This document shows, piece after piece, positions 40,997-50,214 of a DNA stretch of 64,000 nucleotides. The DNA is taken from NCBI GenBank assembly GCA_947478865.1, contig CANJXF010000006.1:28750-92749 (forward strand), written 5' to 3'. The first letter of the stretch is position 1. The number at the start of each line of letters is the position of its first letter. The DNA comes from Verrucomicrobiales bacterium (GTDB taxonomy: Bacteria > Verrucomicrobiota > Verrucomicrobiia > Limisphaerales > CANJXF01). The notes beneath the pieces were generated by a model, which saw only the letters and a program-made list of their open reading frames with translations, had not been told where the DNA came from and made no database searches. The position numbers were made by a program, and so were the translations under genes.

Positions 40997-41428
40997 ATGA
41001 AACGAAACATAGCAGCAAACATCGTGCTCTATGACGATCAATGCCCGCTTTGCACCTTCCAGATGCGGCTGTTGACCTGGCTGGATTGGTTCAACACAAC
41101 CAGCCTTTTGCCGCTTTCAAGTCCGCGTGTTGCCGAAATCGCACCCGATCTCAGTCGCGAGGCTCTGCTGGAGGCGATCCACTGTATTACGCCGCAAGGA
41201 GAAATTCACCGCGGCGCTCGCTGCATCAGATTCGTTGGAATGCGAATGCCATTAATGGTTCCGCTGGCGCTGTTTCTCTGGCTTCCCGGAGTAATTTGGG
41301 TTGCCGAAAAAATTTATAATCTCATCAGCCGCAATCGCCATTATCTCAGCCGTATTTTTGGATGCAAAGAAGCCTGTCACATTTTGCCCGGACGAAAATC
41401 TCACAAATCAGTCCACACCCAAAAATGA
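40997..41428 (+). CDS. DCC family thiol-disulfide oxidoreductase (DUF393)
   Basis: VLYDDQCPLC (DxxCxxC) and Y..I.RNR. Confidence 0.88.
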   Translation: MKRNIAANIVLYDDQCPLCTFQMRLLTWLDWFNTTSLLPLSSPRVAEIAPDLSREALLEAIHCITPQGEIHRGARCIRFVGMRMPLMVPLALFLWLPGVIWVAEKIYNLISRNRHYLSRIFGCKEACHILPGRKSHKSVHTQK

Positions 41429-41445
41429 TCCTCGCGCCAATCAAG

Positions 41446-42576
41446 CTAAATAGTCACAACCAGTTTCTTTTTGTGTGATTCCAACGCGGCTGCGAAGAGT
41501 TCATGACTTGCCACGGCTTCGTCCGGCGTGACGCAACCCATGCGGTTGCCCAAAGCGCCTGCCCGCTCTGCAGCATACGCAGCCCACATTTGGAGAAAGC
41601 AATCGGGGAAGCCGGCTTCAAAAATTCCGCCAGTGATCGTCGGAAACGCCATTTGATGGCCGAGATCTGTTTTCTGCCAGATCTGTTCTTTGCCGCGCTG
41701 AAATGTCCAAAGCGTCTTTGGTTCTTTCGTGCTGTAACGCAACCCGCCATCCGTCCCGAGAACTTCAATCCACCAGGTATTCGTTTCGCCGGGAGCCATG
41801 CGTTTCATTTCCAATCGCATCGGAACTTCCTGCCCGTTCACCACGACGTCAGTGTGCAAAAGCGCGTTGTCCCAGGTATCGCACGCCGCCATGCCGCCTT
41901 TGCCATCCGGACGTTCGGTATAGATTTTTTGGAGTTGCGCATAAACGCGTTTCGGATTCCAGCCGAGACGAAAGGGAACATGCACAACATGCATTCCCAA
42001 ATCGCCCATCACGCCGATTTCGCCGCAAAATTTATTTTGCCGTTTCCAGTTAATCGGCTTGGTCGGATCTAGATCGCTGGCATGCCAGAAGCAGGAATGA
42101 ATTTCCAAGAGCTTCCCGAACTGGCCCGATTGCGCAGCCTGAAAAACGCGTTGTGCACCGGGCAGAAAAGGAAATTCAGAACTGCAACGAACAAAGCGGC
42201 CAGACTTCTTCGCTGCATCACGAATGGTTTTCGCCGCTGCCAAATCAATGCCGAACGGTTTTTCCGCGAGCAGATCTTTGCCGGCGTTGAGCACATCGAG
42301 ATAAAGCTTCTCGTGCAGGTTGTGGGGAACGGCCACGTAAACCACGTCGACATCCGGCGATCTCAAAAGTTCGTTGTGATCTTTCGTCAGCAACTTGACC
42401 GTCGGAACTTTCTTAAACCAATCGAGAAGTTTGTCCTGCAGGTCGCAGACTGCCACGAGTTCGACCTGCACCGGAAAATCTTCCAGCACAAACCAGCGCG
42501 CAAACGCACTCGCCGCTTCGCGTCCCATCAATCCGCCGCCGATGATTCCCAACCGCATTTTTTGATTCGCACTCAT
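41446..42576 (-). CDS. Gfo/Idh/MocA family oxidoreductase
   Basis: GIIGGGLMG, D.VYVAVP...H, AEKP and G.MGDLG.H. Confidence 0.9.
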   Translation of the reverse strand: MSANQKMRLGIIGGGLMGREAASAFARWFVLEDFPVQVELVAVCDLQDKLLDWFKKVPTVKLLTKDHNELLRSPDVDVVYVAVPHNLHEKLYLDVLNAGKDLLAEKPFGIDLAAAKTIRDAAKKSGRFVRCSSEFPFLPGAQRVFQAAQSGQFGKLLEIHSCFWHASDLDPTKPINWKRQNKFCGEIGVMGDLGMHVVHVPFRLGWNPKRVYAQLQKIYTERPDGKGGMAACDTWDNALLHTDVVVNGQEVPMRLEMKRMAPGETNTWWIEVLGTDGGLRYSTKEPKTLWTFQRGKEQIWQKTDLGHQMAFPTITGGIFEAGFPDCFLQMWAAYAAERAGALGNRMGCVTPDEAVASHELFAAALESHKKKLVVTI

Positions 42577-42582
42577 TTTGAT

Positions 42583-43416
42583 TTAGGCCTGGATGAATTT
42601 CGCCGCGTCTTTTGCATTCGCGCCATCGTGAACAATTGACATCAGCGCACGGGTCATTCCAGCGGGATCGCTGTGTTGAATGATGTTTCGTCCATAAACG
42701 ATTCCTGCGGCGCCTTGTTTAATTAAATTCTCCGTGCGTTCCAAAATCTCTTTGTCAGGTGCCTTGCCGCCACCGCGCACCAGCACTGGAATTCGTCCCG
42801 AGATTTCCACCACTTTGTGATAAAGGCTTACGTCGTCGGTCGGATCAGCCTTAATGATGTCGGCTCCGAGTTCGACGGCTTGACGCACGAGCGGAAGAAT
42901 TTTTTCCAGATCGCCATCGACCATGTATCCGCCAGCTTTTTGGTTCGATTGAAATACCAGCGGCTCAATCATCAGCGGCATTCCGATGCGATCGCATTCC
43001 GGTTTAATCCTTAAAATATTTTGAATGCATTGATCGGTGACTTCGGGTTGTTCTGGAATGCGAAACAGATTTACGACGACACATGTAGCGTCGAGGCGAA
43101 GCGCTTGTTCCACCGGTTGCTCGATCATGCGACTGAACAGGGTTCGCGGAAGCTGATTGCCATAAACATTCGCGACGTCCGTGCGCAAAACGAGTGACGG
43201 CTTTTGTCTGCCGGGAAGGGATTGCAAATAATGCGCCTGACCGACCGTGAGTTGAATGGCATCGGGCGCGGCTTCGACGAGCGTGCGAACACATTTCTCG
43301 AGGTTTTCAATTCCCTGCAAAAATCCGCGTTCATTAAAAAATCCATGATCCACCGCCACGTCGAAGCAGCGATTTGACTTGGCGTTGAAGAGTCGATTAA
43401 GGCGATAAAGTTTCAT
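42583..43416 (-). CDS. Class I (DhnA/LsrF-type) aldolase
   Basis: VAVDHG, MIEP, ELGADIIKA (Schiff-base Lys), VRGG and G.VYGRNI.Q. Confidence 0.88.
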   Translation of the reverse strand: MKLYRLNRLFNAKSNRCFDVAVDHGFFNERGFLQGIENLEKCVRTLVEAAPDAIQLTVGQAHYLQSLPGRQKPSLVLRTDVANVYGNQLPRTLFSRMIEQPVEQALRLDATCVVVNLFRIPEQPEVTDQCIQNILRIKPECDRIGMPLMIEPLVFQSNQKAGGYMVDGDLEKILPLVRQAVELGADIIKADPTDDVSLYHKVVEISGRIPVLVRGGGKAPDKEILERTENLIKQGAAGIVYGRNIIQHSDPAGMTRALMSIVHDGANAKDAAKFIQA

Positions 43417-43477
43417 AAATGCGCCACGTGTTAATCATTTCCAGCCCATGTCGTCGATGTTAAATTATGCACCCGTT

Positions 43478-44581
43478 ATGCGAATTAGCACAGCAACCCT
43501 CTTTCTTCTGACCGCAACTGTGGCCGGCAGTTCCTCATTCGGCGCAAATCCACCCAGCACCAACGCGAGTCATTTCATCGGCATCGAGGATTTTTCCAAG
43601 TTCAAGCAAACGATCGTCAGCCATGAAGTCGTGTTGACTTCGCCGGAACTTAAAGCGCCCATTGCCTGGGACGAAATGGTTCCATCCTGGAATGCGACCG
43701 CCCCTACCGGCACCTTCCTGAAAATTGAAGCACGAGGGCTATATCCAGACCGTGCGACGAAGTTCTACACCCTGGGGCTTTGGTCGGAGGATACCGCAAA
43801 ATTTCCGCGCGAGAGCGTCAAAGGTCAAAAGGATTCAGACGGAAATGTCAGCACCGACACCTTAATGCTCAAGGAAACGGGAGCCGAGTTGCAACTCCGA
43901 ATCACTCTCGGCAACTCGGAGGAAAAAATTAAACCGAAGCTGAATTTCATCGGACTCTCTTTCTTGAACAGCAAGGCGAAAACGACTTCGCTTCCGCCCA
44001 ACAAAAAGGCTTGGGGAAAAATCATTGAGACACCGGAACGCTCGCAGAATTCCTATCCGGAGGAGGAAGGTTGGTGCAGCCCCACGTCGCTCGCCATGGT
44101 GCTGATGCGCTGGTCGGCGGCGTTGCAACGCCCCGACTTGAACGTGGATGTCCGCGAATGCGCCGCAGGGGTGTTCGACAAAAATTATGGCACGGGCAAC
44201 TGGCCTTTTAACACCGCATACGCGGGAAAATTTCCGGGACTTCGCGGCTATGTGACGCGTTTCACGGATATTGCCGAGCTGGAAGACTGGATTTCTGCCG
44301 GGATCCCCGTGATCATTTCCGCACCATTCCATTTGCTGGAGTCGGGACGAAAAGACACTGGCAGCGGTCATGTGATCACCTGCATCGGCTTCACGGAAAC
44401 CGGAGATGTCGTGATTAACGATCCCGCGACGAATTTGAACCAAGGCCAGAAAGTTCGCCATATTTACAAACGTGAGAACGTGATCAATGCGTGGAAAAAA
44501 TCGAACAACACGGTTTACCTGATTTACCCGACATCAGCAAAAATTCCAAAAAACCGTCTTGGCCATTGGGAGAAGAAGTAA
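43478..44581 (+). CDS. Secreted peptidase C39-like protein
   Basis: Signal peptide; RSQ, WCSPTS.AMVL (Cys), GNWPFN.AYA, GHV (His) and NDPA (Asp). Confidence 0.88.
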   Translation: MRISTATLFLLTATVAGSSSFGANPPSTNASHFIGIEDFSKFKQTIVSHEVVLTSPELKAPIAWDEMVPSWNATAPTGTFLKIEARGLYPDRATKFYTLGLWSEDTAKFPRESVKGQKDSDGNVSTDTLMLKETGAELQLRITLGNSEEKIKPKLNFIGLSFLNSKAKTTSLPPNKKAWGKIIETPERSQNSYPEEEGWCSPTSLAMVLMRWSAALQRPDLNVDVRECAAGVFDKNYGTGNWPFNTAYAGKFPGLRGYVTRFTDIAELEDWISAGIPVIISAPFHLLESGRKDTGSGHVITCIGFTETGDVVINDPATNLNQGQKVRHIYKRENVINAWKKSNNTVYLIYPTSAKIPKNRLGHWEKK

Positions 44582-44593
44582 TTTAATCCGCGC

Positions 44594-44893
44594 ATGTTTT
44601 CGCACATTGTCATTTTTTGGACCGATCCGAGCAACCCAACCGCCGCTGATGAATTGGTCGCGGGCATGGAGAAATTCCTGCGCCCGATTCCCGGCGTAGT
44701 TCACTTTCATGTTGGGCGAATGGTTGGGAGCCCTCGCCCCGTGGTCGATCAAACCTATCAGGTCGCGCTCAATTTAGTTTTCCCTGATAAGCAGGCGCAG
44801 GACGATTATCAGACCCATCCGTTGCACGTGGAATTCGTCGAGACGGTTTTCAAGAAGGTTTGCAAAAAAGCGCTGATTTACGACTTCGCGTAA
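44594..44893 (+). CDS. Dabb family stress-responsive alpha/beta barrel
   Basis: H.V.FW, IPGV and YQ.HP.H. Confidence 0.88.
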   Translation: MFSHIVIFWTDPSNPTAADELVAGMEKFLRPIPGVVHFHVGRMVGSPRPVVDQTYQVALNLVFPDKQAQDDYQTHPLHVEFVETVFKKVCKKALIYDFA

Positions 44894-45831
44894 TCTGGTC
44901 CGCGCTGAAGTTTGGCGCGGGGATGAAACTTTTGATGAACTTCCCGCAATCGTGATCCCGCGACGTGGGTGTAAACTTCCGTCGTATTGATCGTCGCGTG
45001 CCCCAGCAATTCCTGAATTACGCGCAAGTCCGCGCCGTGTTCCAAGAGGTGCGTCGCAAAACTATGGCGGAGCATGTGGGGTGTGATGTTGCGGGCGATT
45101 CCAGAGAGTCGCGCCCGCCGCTTGATGCGCCACCATAGAGTCACCGAGGCAAAAGGAGTTCCTCGTCGCGTGAGAAAAACATTCCCGGGGGACCTTCTAT
45201 TGACGAGCGCCGGGCGAGCGGTTCGCAAGTAGCGCTCAATCGCCTCAATTGCTTTTTTACCGACCGGCACGACGCGCTCCTTGTTTCCCTTTCCAATGAC
45301 GTTGATGAAACCGGCCTCCAGATGCAGTTGTTCGAGCCGGATGTTTTTCAATTCCGAGAGGCGCAAGCCAGACGCATAAGCCAATTCCAGGATGGCCTGA
45401 TCACACAGATGACTCTCCGTTTCCGGCATTTGAGGAGTGAAAAGCTGTTCAATTTCAGCATTGGTGAGCGCCTTGGGCAATCGCTTCCAACGGCGCGGCA
45501 AGGAAAGATTCTCAGCGATGTTCAGCGGCAAAAGTTTCTCCTGCTCCGCAAATCGATAGAAGGCACGCAGAGCGGCGATCTCGAGGTAAACACTTTCAGA
45601 ACTCAATTTGCGAGTGGAGTCCTCGGGCTGATTTTCCAGCGAGCGCTGTCGCTCATTTTCGATAAATGACATCAGATGAGACAGCTCAACGGATTTCCAA
45701 TCGGCAATCTTCTCTTTTTCCGCCCAAGCCAAAAATCGTCCAAGCAAGCTGGCGTAGGTTTTTTGGGTGTGCTCGGATTGTCCCCGCTCGTGCCTGAGGT
45801 AAACCAAAAAATTTTCGATAAGGCTCTGCAC
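44878..45831 (-). CDS. xerD: Tyrosine recombinase XerD/XerC
   Basis: LPK.L, LAYASGLR.SE, GKG.KER.VP, TPHMLRHSFATHLL..GADLR.IQELLGH and TEVYTHV. Confidence 0.85.
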   Translation of the reverse strand: MQSLIENFLVYLRHERGQSEHTQKTYASLLGRFLAWAEKEKIADWKSVELSHLMSFIENERQRSLENQPEDSTRKLSSESVYLEIAALRAFYRFAEQEKLLPLNIAENLSLPRRWKRLPKALTNAEIEQLFTPQMPETESHLCDQAILELAYASGLRLSELKNIRLEQLHLEAGFINVIGKGNKERVVPVGKKAIEAIERYLRTARPALVNRRSPGNVFLTRRGTPFASVTLWWRIKRRARLSGIARNITPHMLRHSFATHLLEHGADLRVIQELLGHATINTTEVYTHVAGSRLREVHQKFHPRAKLQRGPDYAKS

Positions 45832-45956
45832 GGAACAAACTTAATCAAAACTTCGGGCGGGCCGCACGAACAAAGGTTCTTGACCGTATGGCTTAACGAA
45901 GGGTTTAAGAGGGCGTTTGGATCCGGTAGAACGAGGGTTGCCGGGCGTGAGCCATA

Positions 45957-46454
45957 TCAACGATTAGTTGGCGCGACCAGATCATTTCCCGGCCCGTTCG
46001 TGCGTTGGCGGCGAGAGCCATCCTTTGGATATTTGCGGCGAAAATCCTCGATGGCCTCTTCTGGCTTGCGTTGGGCCTTCAGTTTTTCCTCAAACTTTTT
46101 CTGCTGCTCCGGGGTGAGTTGGGCTCGAATCTGGTCGCGAACTTTTTTCACTTCCTCACTCATTTCCGGAGCGATTTTTTCCCGGATCTCTTTCGTGTGT
46201 TCCTGGCTTTCCTTCAGGATTTTCTCGATGTTCACGCGCTGTTCGGGGGTAAGGTTCAGGTCATGATCCATACGGCGGAGAAATTCCCGCTGAACCAGGC
46301 GAGACGCGGAGGGCGGCGCATTACTGGACATGCCCGGAAACGGGTGGCGATTTTCGAAGCTGCGGGAAGTTTTTTTCGTGATCAAGACGCCAACCACGAG
46401 GCCGGAGCAGAAGATCACCAAGGTAGCTAGAATGATTTTCCAAGTGCTCACCAA
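45957..46454 (-). CDS. Membrane-anchored Spy/CpxP-like periplasmic protein (LTxxQ motifs)
   Basis: N-terminal TM; LNLTPEQ and LTPEQQKKF. Confidence 0.75.
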   Translation of the reverse strand: MVSTWKIILATLVIFCSGLVVGVLITKKTSRSFENRHPFPGMSSNAPPSASRLVQREFLRRMDHDLNLTPEQRVNIEKILKESQEHTKEIREKIAPEMSEEVKKVRDQIRAQLTPEQQKKFEEKLKAQRKPEEAIEDFRRKYPKDGSRRQRTNGPGNDLVAPTNR

Positions 46455-46768
46455 ACATCCTCACCGATGGCCAGGGCTGAATGTTCTCCCAGCGCAGCGT
46501 AAACCGTTTCCTTCAGTTCCTGTGACAACTCGACGTTGTCGCTGGACATCGTTTGATACGACCAACCGCCCAGCAGAACCATCGCAACGACGCACGCTGC
46601 AGCCGCACGCCAAAGCGCGCCACTCCACATCTCAAGGGCATTGGCGACCGGCCTGGCCAAGTTGGCCATGATCCGTTTTTCAAATGCGAACGGAACATGG
46701 TCGCTCGGCGGATTTTTCCGCGCGGCCAGAATCAATTTTTCCTGAAGCTGCTGTAAATTCATACTCAC
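46448..46768 (-). CDS. Putative single-TM anti-sigma factor
   Basis: Directly downstream of the ECF sigma; short cytoplasmic N-terminus (VPFAFEKRIMA.L) and one TM helix. Confidence 0.7.
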   Translation of the reverse strand: MSMNLQQLQEKLILAARKNPPSDHVPFAFEKRIMANLARPVANALEMWSGALWRAAAACVVAMVLLGGWSYQTMSSDNVELSQELKETVYAALGEHSALAIGEDVW

Positions 46769-46776
46769 AATGTTTT

Positions 46777-46804
46777 AGACGGGCGCTTTCATTTTGCGGT
46801 TACA
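46777..46804 (-). promoter_or_regulatory. Putative ECF sigma promoter TGTAAC-N17-CGTCT upstream of the anti-sigma/Spy-like genes
   Basis: Minus strand reads TGTAAC cgcaaaatgaaagcgcc CGTCT, overlapping the sigma stop codon. Same motif and spacing at 47991-48018. Confidence 0.65.
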
Positions 46805-47384
46805 GGTACTTATCACGACTTATTTTTGCGACGATTTTTCGCATTTCGGCCCGGGCACGAAACGCCCGCACCTTGACCAGCGGTACCGACCAACCCGTCA
46901 ATTCGGCGATCTCCTTGACTGAACGCTCTTCAATTTCCAAAAGGGTGATCACCAATTGCGCGGCGGGCGAAAGCTGGGTCAATATTCTGTCCACGAGTTC
47001 TTTGGCGGCGGTGGCGCTTTCGCTGGCAGTATCGGGCTGAACCACAAACCGATCGAGCCACTCGGATTCAGGCTCAGTTAATTCGCTGAAGGCGGTTTCA
47101 CGATTCCGCTGATGCCCTCGCAAAAAATCGTAACAGGTCCGCACCGCCAGCCGCATCAACCAGTGTTCGAATGGCGCTTCCCCGCGAAAACTGTTCAGCT
47201 TTTGAAACGACTTTGAAAAAATCTCTTGAACGATGTCTTCAACTTCACTCTCCCGCCGGGCATAACGCCGGGCGGTTGCAAACACCCGAGGCTGATACTT
47301 TTTGATCAACGGCTCAAAACTGCTGGCATCGCCGTTGAGCACGGCGGCAATCAGCTCAGAGTCGGTTGGTTCCATCGTGTCCAA
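46800..47384 (-). CDS. ECF RNA polymerase sigma factor
   Basis: D.EL......GD...F..L...Y, EDIVQE.F, F..WL.R.A...C.D and region 4 EIAE..G.....VK.R.FRAR. Confidence 0.93.
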   Translation of the reverse strand: MDTMEPTDSELIAAVLNGDASSFEPLIKKYQPRVFATARRYARRESEVEDIVQEIFSKSFQKLNSFRGEAPFEHWLMRLAVRTCYDFLRGHQRNRETAFSELTEPESEWLDRFVVQPDTASESATAAKELVDRILTQLSPAAQLVITLLEIEERSVKEIAELTGWSVPLVKVRAFRARAEMRKIVAKISRDKYL

Positions 47385-47416
47385 TTAGGGGCAGATCAAT
47401 GGTTCTGTCAAAACTA

Positions 47417-47445
47417 GAAAGCCACTGCGGGTGGCAGTGGCTTTC
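47417..47445 (-). terminator. Hairpin/terminator between the secreted protein gene and the ECF sigma gene
   Basis: 12-bp stem GAAAGCCACTGC / 5-nt loop / GCAGTGGCTTTC, followed on the minus strand by TAGTTTT. Confidence 0.7.
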
Positions 47446-47463
47446 CTATGCTAAGAATTCTGG

Positions 47464-47952
47464 CTATTTGTCGGCCGGCTTTTCCGCTCCTGGTTTTTCA
47501 CGGCGTCCCGGTCCACCCTCACCACGGCGCTGTTCCATGAATTTTTTGCGCATCTCCAGTTTCTCCAAAGTTTCCTTTTCCGAGTCAGTAATGCTTCCGT
47601 CCGTTTTCTTTTTCTGCAGCTCCGTCAGTTTCTTTTCTGCCGCAGCTTTGACTTTGGCCCGGCGTTCATCTTCGGGAAGTTTCTTCAGCTCTTCCGGATC
47701 AAGCCCTAGATCCTTGGCCATTTTCTTCATTTCTTCACCACGTCTTTCGAGATTGGCGGCGCCCTCGGGATGCTTTTCGCGAAGTTCCTTTAGCTTCGCC
47801 TGACGTTCTTCAGGCGTAAGATTTTTCAATTTTTCACGAAGCTCCTCGCGATTCGGACGCTCTTCCGGTTTGGCATCTTCGGCTTGAACCCATTGTGGCG
47901 CCGTCATGGCCATTAGCCCGGCCATCGCGCAGATAAGTTTTACGTTTTTCAT
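47464..47952 (-). CDS. Secreted highly charged helical protein (LTPEER motif; Spy-like or disordered)
   Basis: Signal peptide ending VQA; E/K/R-rich sequence with the repeated unit LKNLTPEER..K / LKKLPEDER..K. Confidence 0.7.
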   Translation of the reverse strand: MKNVKLICAMAGLMAMTAPQWVQAEDAKPEERPNREELREKLKNLTPEERQAKLKELREKHPEGAANLERRGEEMKKMAKDLGLDPEELKKLPEDERRAKVKAAAEKKLTELQKKKTDGSITDSEKETLEKLEMRKKFMEQRRGEGGPGRREKPGAEKPADK

Positions 47953-47990
47953 TTTGTTCTATTAATTGTTGTTTTGCTCGGCATAAGGAG

Positions 47991-48018
47991 AGACGAGGCA
48001 ACAACTTTCGAAGTTACA
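47991..48018 (-). promoter_or_regulatory. Putative ECF sigma promoter TGTAAC-N17-CGTCT
   Basis: Minus strand reads TGTAAC ttcgaaagttgttgcct CGTCT, about 40 bp upstream of ATG 47952. Confidence 0.65.
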
Positions 48019-48050
48019 CGATAATAAATCCTTCCCGGCCGCGAGTCCGA

Positions 48051-48305
48051 TCAATTGCGGATGATGCCAAAGGCGCGCTCGAACTCGGCCGAGAATTGCG
48101 CAATGTCGCTCGATATTTTTGCCGGTTGTTCGCTGAGACTGGCGGACATGCTTCCTGCCAACTCCGGTTTCGTCCGCAATATTTCGACTGAAATAACCAC
48201 CATGGAAAGGTGGTTGTTTATGTCGTGGCGCATCTTTGAAAGTTTTTGCGCCAATTCTTCGATCTGCTGCGGGCTGAACGTAACAGGAGTTTTTGGGGTC
48301 ACCAT
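48051..48305 (-). CDS. Stand-alone HisKA/DHp-like small protein
   Basis: 84 aa with an H-box-like LSKMRHDINNHLS.V....E.L helix-loop-helix; no ATPase or sensor domain. Confidence 0.6.
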   Translation of the reverse strand: MVTPKTPVTFSPQQIEELAQKLSKMRHDINNHLSMVVISVEILRTKPELAGSMSASLSEQPAKISSDIAQFSAEFERAFGIIRN

Positions 48306-48354
48306 TGGGCCACGATGCGGGCATCAGGCATGGGAAATCAAGCGAGTTTGCTTT

Positions 48355-50130
48355 CTAATCCGTCGTGACTGCCGGCAACGCGTCAAGTTCCCGCAAAACC
48401 CGGCTGTAGTAACCGCTGCGTCGAATCAATGCGTCATGCGTGCCGAACTCAACAACCCGTCCGCCGTCCAGCACGAGAATCTTGTCGGCGCGCAGAACCA
48501 TGTTCAAGCGATGGGCCACAATCAAAGTGGTCCGCCCCTGGGTCAATCGCTCCATGCCGGACAACACGAGCGATTCGCTTTCCGCATCCAAGGCGCTCGT
48601 CGGTTCATCGAGTAAAAGAATGGGCGCATTTTTCAAAAATGCGCGCGCCAAATTGATCCGCTGTTGTTCGCCGATGCTCAAGCGCGCGGCGCCTTCGCCA
48701 ATGAGCGTTTCGTATCTGCGCGGCGTCCGCTGGATGAACTCATCCGCATTGGCCAAGCGCGCGGCGTCCTCGATTTCTCGAAGCGACGCGCCCGGTTTTC
48801 CAAACGAAATATTTTCCGCAATGCTGCCCGCCAAGAGGATCGGTTGCTGCAAAACCAAGGCGATTTGCGAACGTAAATCTTTCAACGTAAATTCGCGCAG
48901 AGCCGCTCCGTCCAACTCGATCGCGCCGCTGGTCGGGTCGAAAAAGCGCGGCAGCAAATTCAGCAAGGTCGTCTTCCCGGCGCCGCTCGGACCGACGATG
49001 GCGATGCGCTCGCCTGCTTTCACCGCGAAGCTGACTTGATGAAGGATCTCGACACCCGTTTCGTAGCCGAAGCAAACGTTCTTGAATTCAATGCTGCCTC
49101 GCACCGCGAGGTTCTGCTTTGGCGAAAGATTTTCTTGGATTTCCTCCGGCGCGTCCAAGATTTCAAATACACGGCGAGTGCCTGCGCCCGCGCCAGACAC
49201 CGTCGTTCCAACGTGCGAAAGCTGGTTCAGCGGTTCGTAGAGCTGGGCCAGATATGCGATAAAAATCAAAAGTTCACCCACCGTCAGACGGCCCGCCAAA
49301 ACTTCATTTGCGCCAAGCCACGTAATCGTTGTTCCGCCCAGACCGAACAGAATCGCCAGCGAAAACCAGTAGAGCAGTTCAAATCCATGCTGGGAAATGC
49401 GACGTTCCTCGGCTGCAAAAACCTTTTCGTTGAAGCGTTTCATTTCGAGATCCTCGTGCGTGTAGCTCTGGATCAACTGCATCGAGGCAATGCTTTGTTG
49501 CACAAGCGAAGTCACCTTGCTGTCCGCCTGTTGCGCTGCGGTGGCCCGCCGACTCATCCGTGCTCCAAAAAATTTTATGAACACAACTAGAAGAGGAACC
49601 AGCGCCAGCGCTGCGAGGGTCAATCGTCCGTTCAATTTTGCCATGACGAAAACCATCAGCAGCAGGGACAAGAATGCGGTGGCGAACGTGATCATCCCTT
49701 GCTGGAACAAGGATTGAAACGCGTAGGTGTCCCACGATGCGCGATAGATCAAATCCCCGGAATTCGCGCCTTGGTAAAACCGAAGCGAGAGGCGTTGCAA
49801 CCGCGCAAAAAGTTCATTGCGAACCCGCGTCAGACCGCGCAAGCCGATTTTGATGGAAAGAAAATTTTGCAGCGCCGAAAATCCGCCTTGCGCAAAGTGG
49901 AGAACGAAAACCATGCCGCACAAAATGGCCAGCAGCCCTGTTTTGTTTGCGGCAAAATTCTCGATCGCCGAAGGAACGGATTTCGTTCCCAGAACGGAAT
50001 CGACGATCAGAGCCAGCGGCCAAGGCTTAAGAACATTCAGGACTGTACTGGCCAACATGATGAAAAAAACCAGGGCAAGGCGCGGCGCATCCGGTCGAAA
50101 ATAAGCGAAGGCGCGCAGAAGGTTTTTCAT
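48355..50130 (-). CDS. ABC exporter, fused TMD-NBD (MsbA-like)
   Basis: Six-TM domain; GPSGAGKTT, LSIGEQQR, LLDEPTSALD and IVAHR. Confidence 0.95.
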   Translation of the reverse strand: MKNLLRAFAYFRPDAPRLALVFFIMLASTVLNVLKPWPLALIVDSVLGTKSVPSAIENFAANKTGLLAILCGMVFVLHFAQGGFSALQNFLSIKIGLRGLTRVRNELFARLQRLSLRFYQGANSGDLIYRASWDTYAFQSLFQQGMITFATAFLSLLLMVFVMAKLNGRLTLAALALVPLLVVFIKFFGARMSRRATAAQQADSKVTSLVQQSIASMQLIQSYTHEDLEMKRFNEKVFAAEERRISQHGFELLYWFSLAILFGLGGTTITWLGANEVLAGRLTVGELLIFIAYLAQLYEPLNQLSHVGTTVSGAGAGTRRVFEILDAPEEIQENLSPKQNLAVRGSIEFKNVCFGYETGVEILHQVSFAVKAGERIAIVGPSGAGKTTLLNLLPRFFDPTSGAIELDGAALREFTLKDLRSQIALVLQQPILLAGSIAENISFGKPGASLREIEDAARLANADEFIQRTPRRYETLIGEGAARLSIGEQQRINLARAFLKNAPILLLDEPTSALDAESESLVLSGMERLTQGRTTLIVAHRLNMVLRADKILVLDGGRVVEFGTHDALIRRSGYYSRVLRELDALPAVTTD

Positions 50131-50214
50131 TTTCCGCGAGATTAGACGGAACCGATCACGGGAAACACCAGAAATTTTCTCTGATCAATTGAAGATTGGA
50201 GAATCGTCACAAGG

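Noticed and set aside
44878-45831. Tyrosine recombinase as a prophage or island integrase
   Set aside because: The motifs are XerD-like, and no att repeats, tRNA or phage genes lie nearby.
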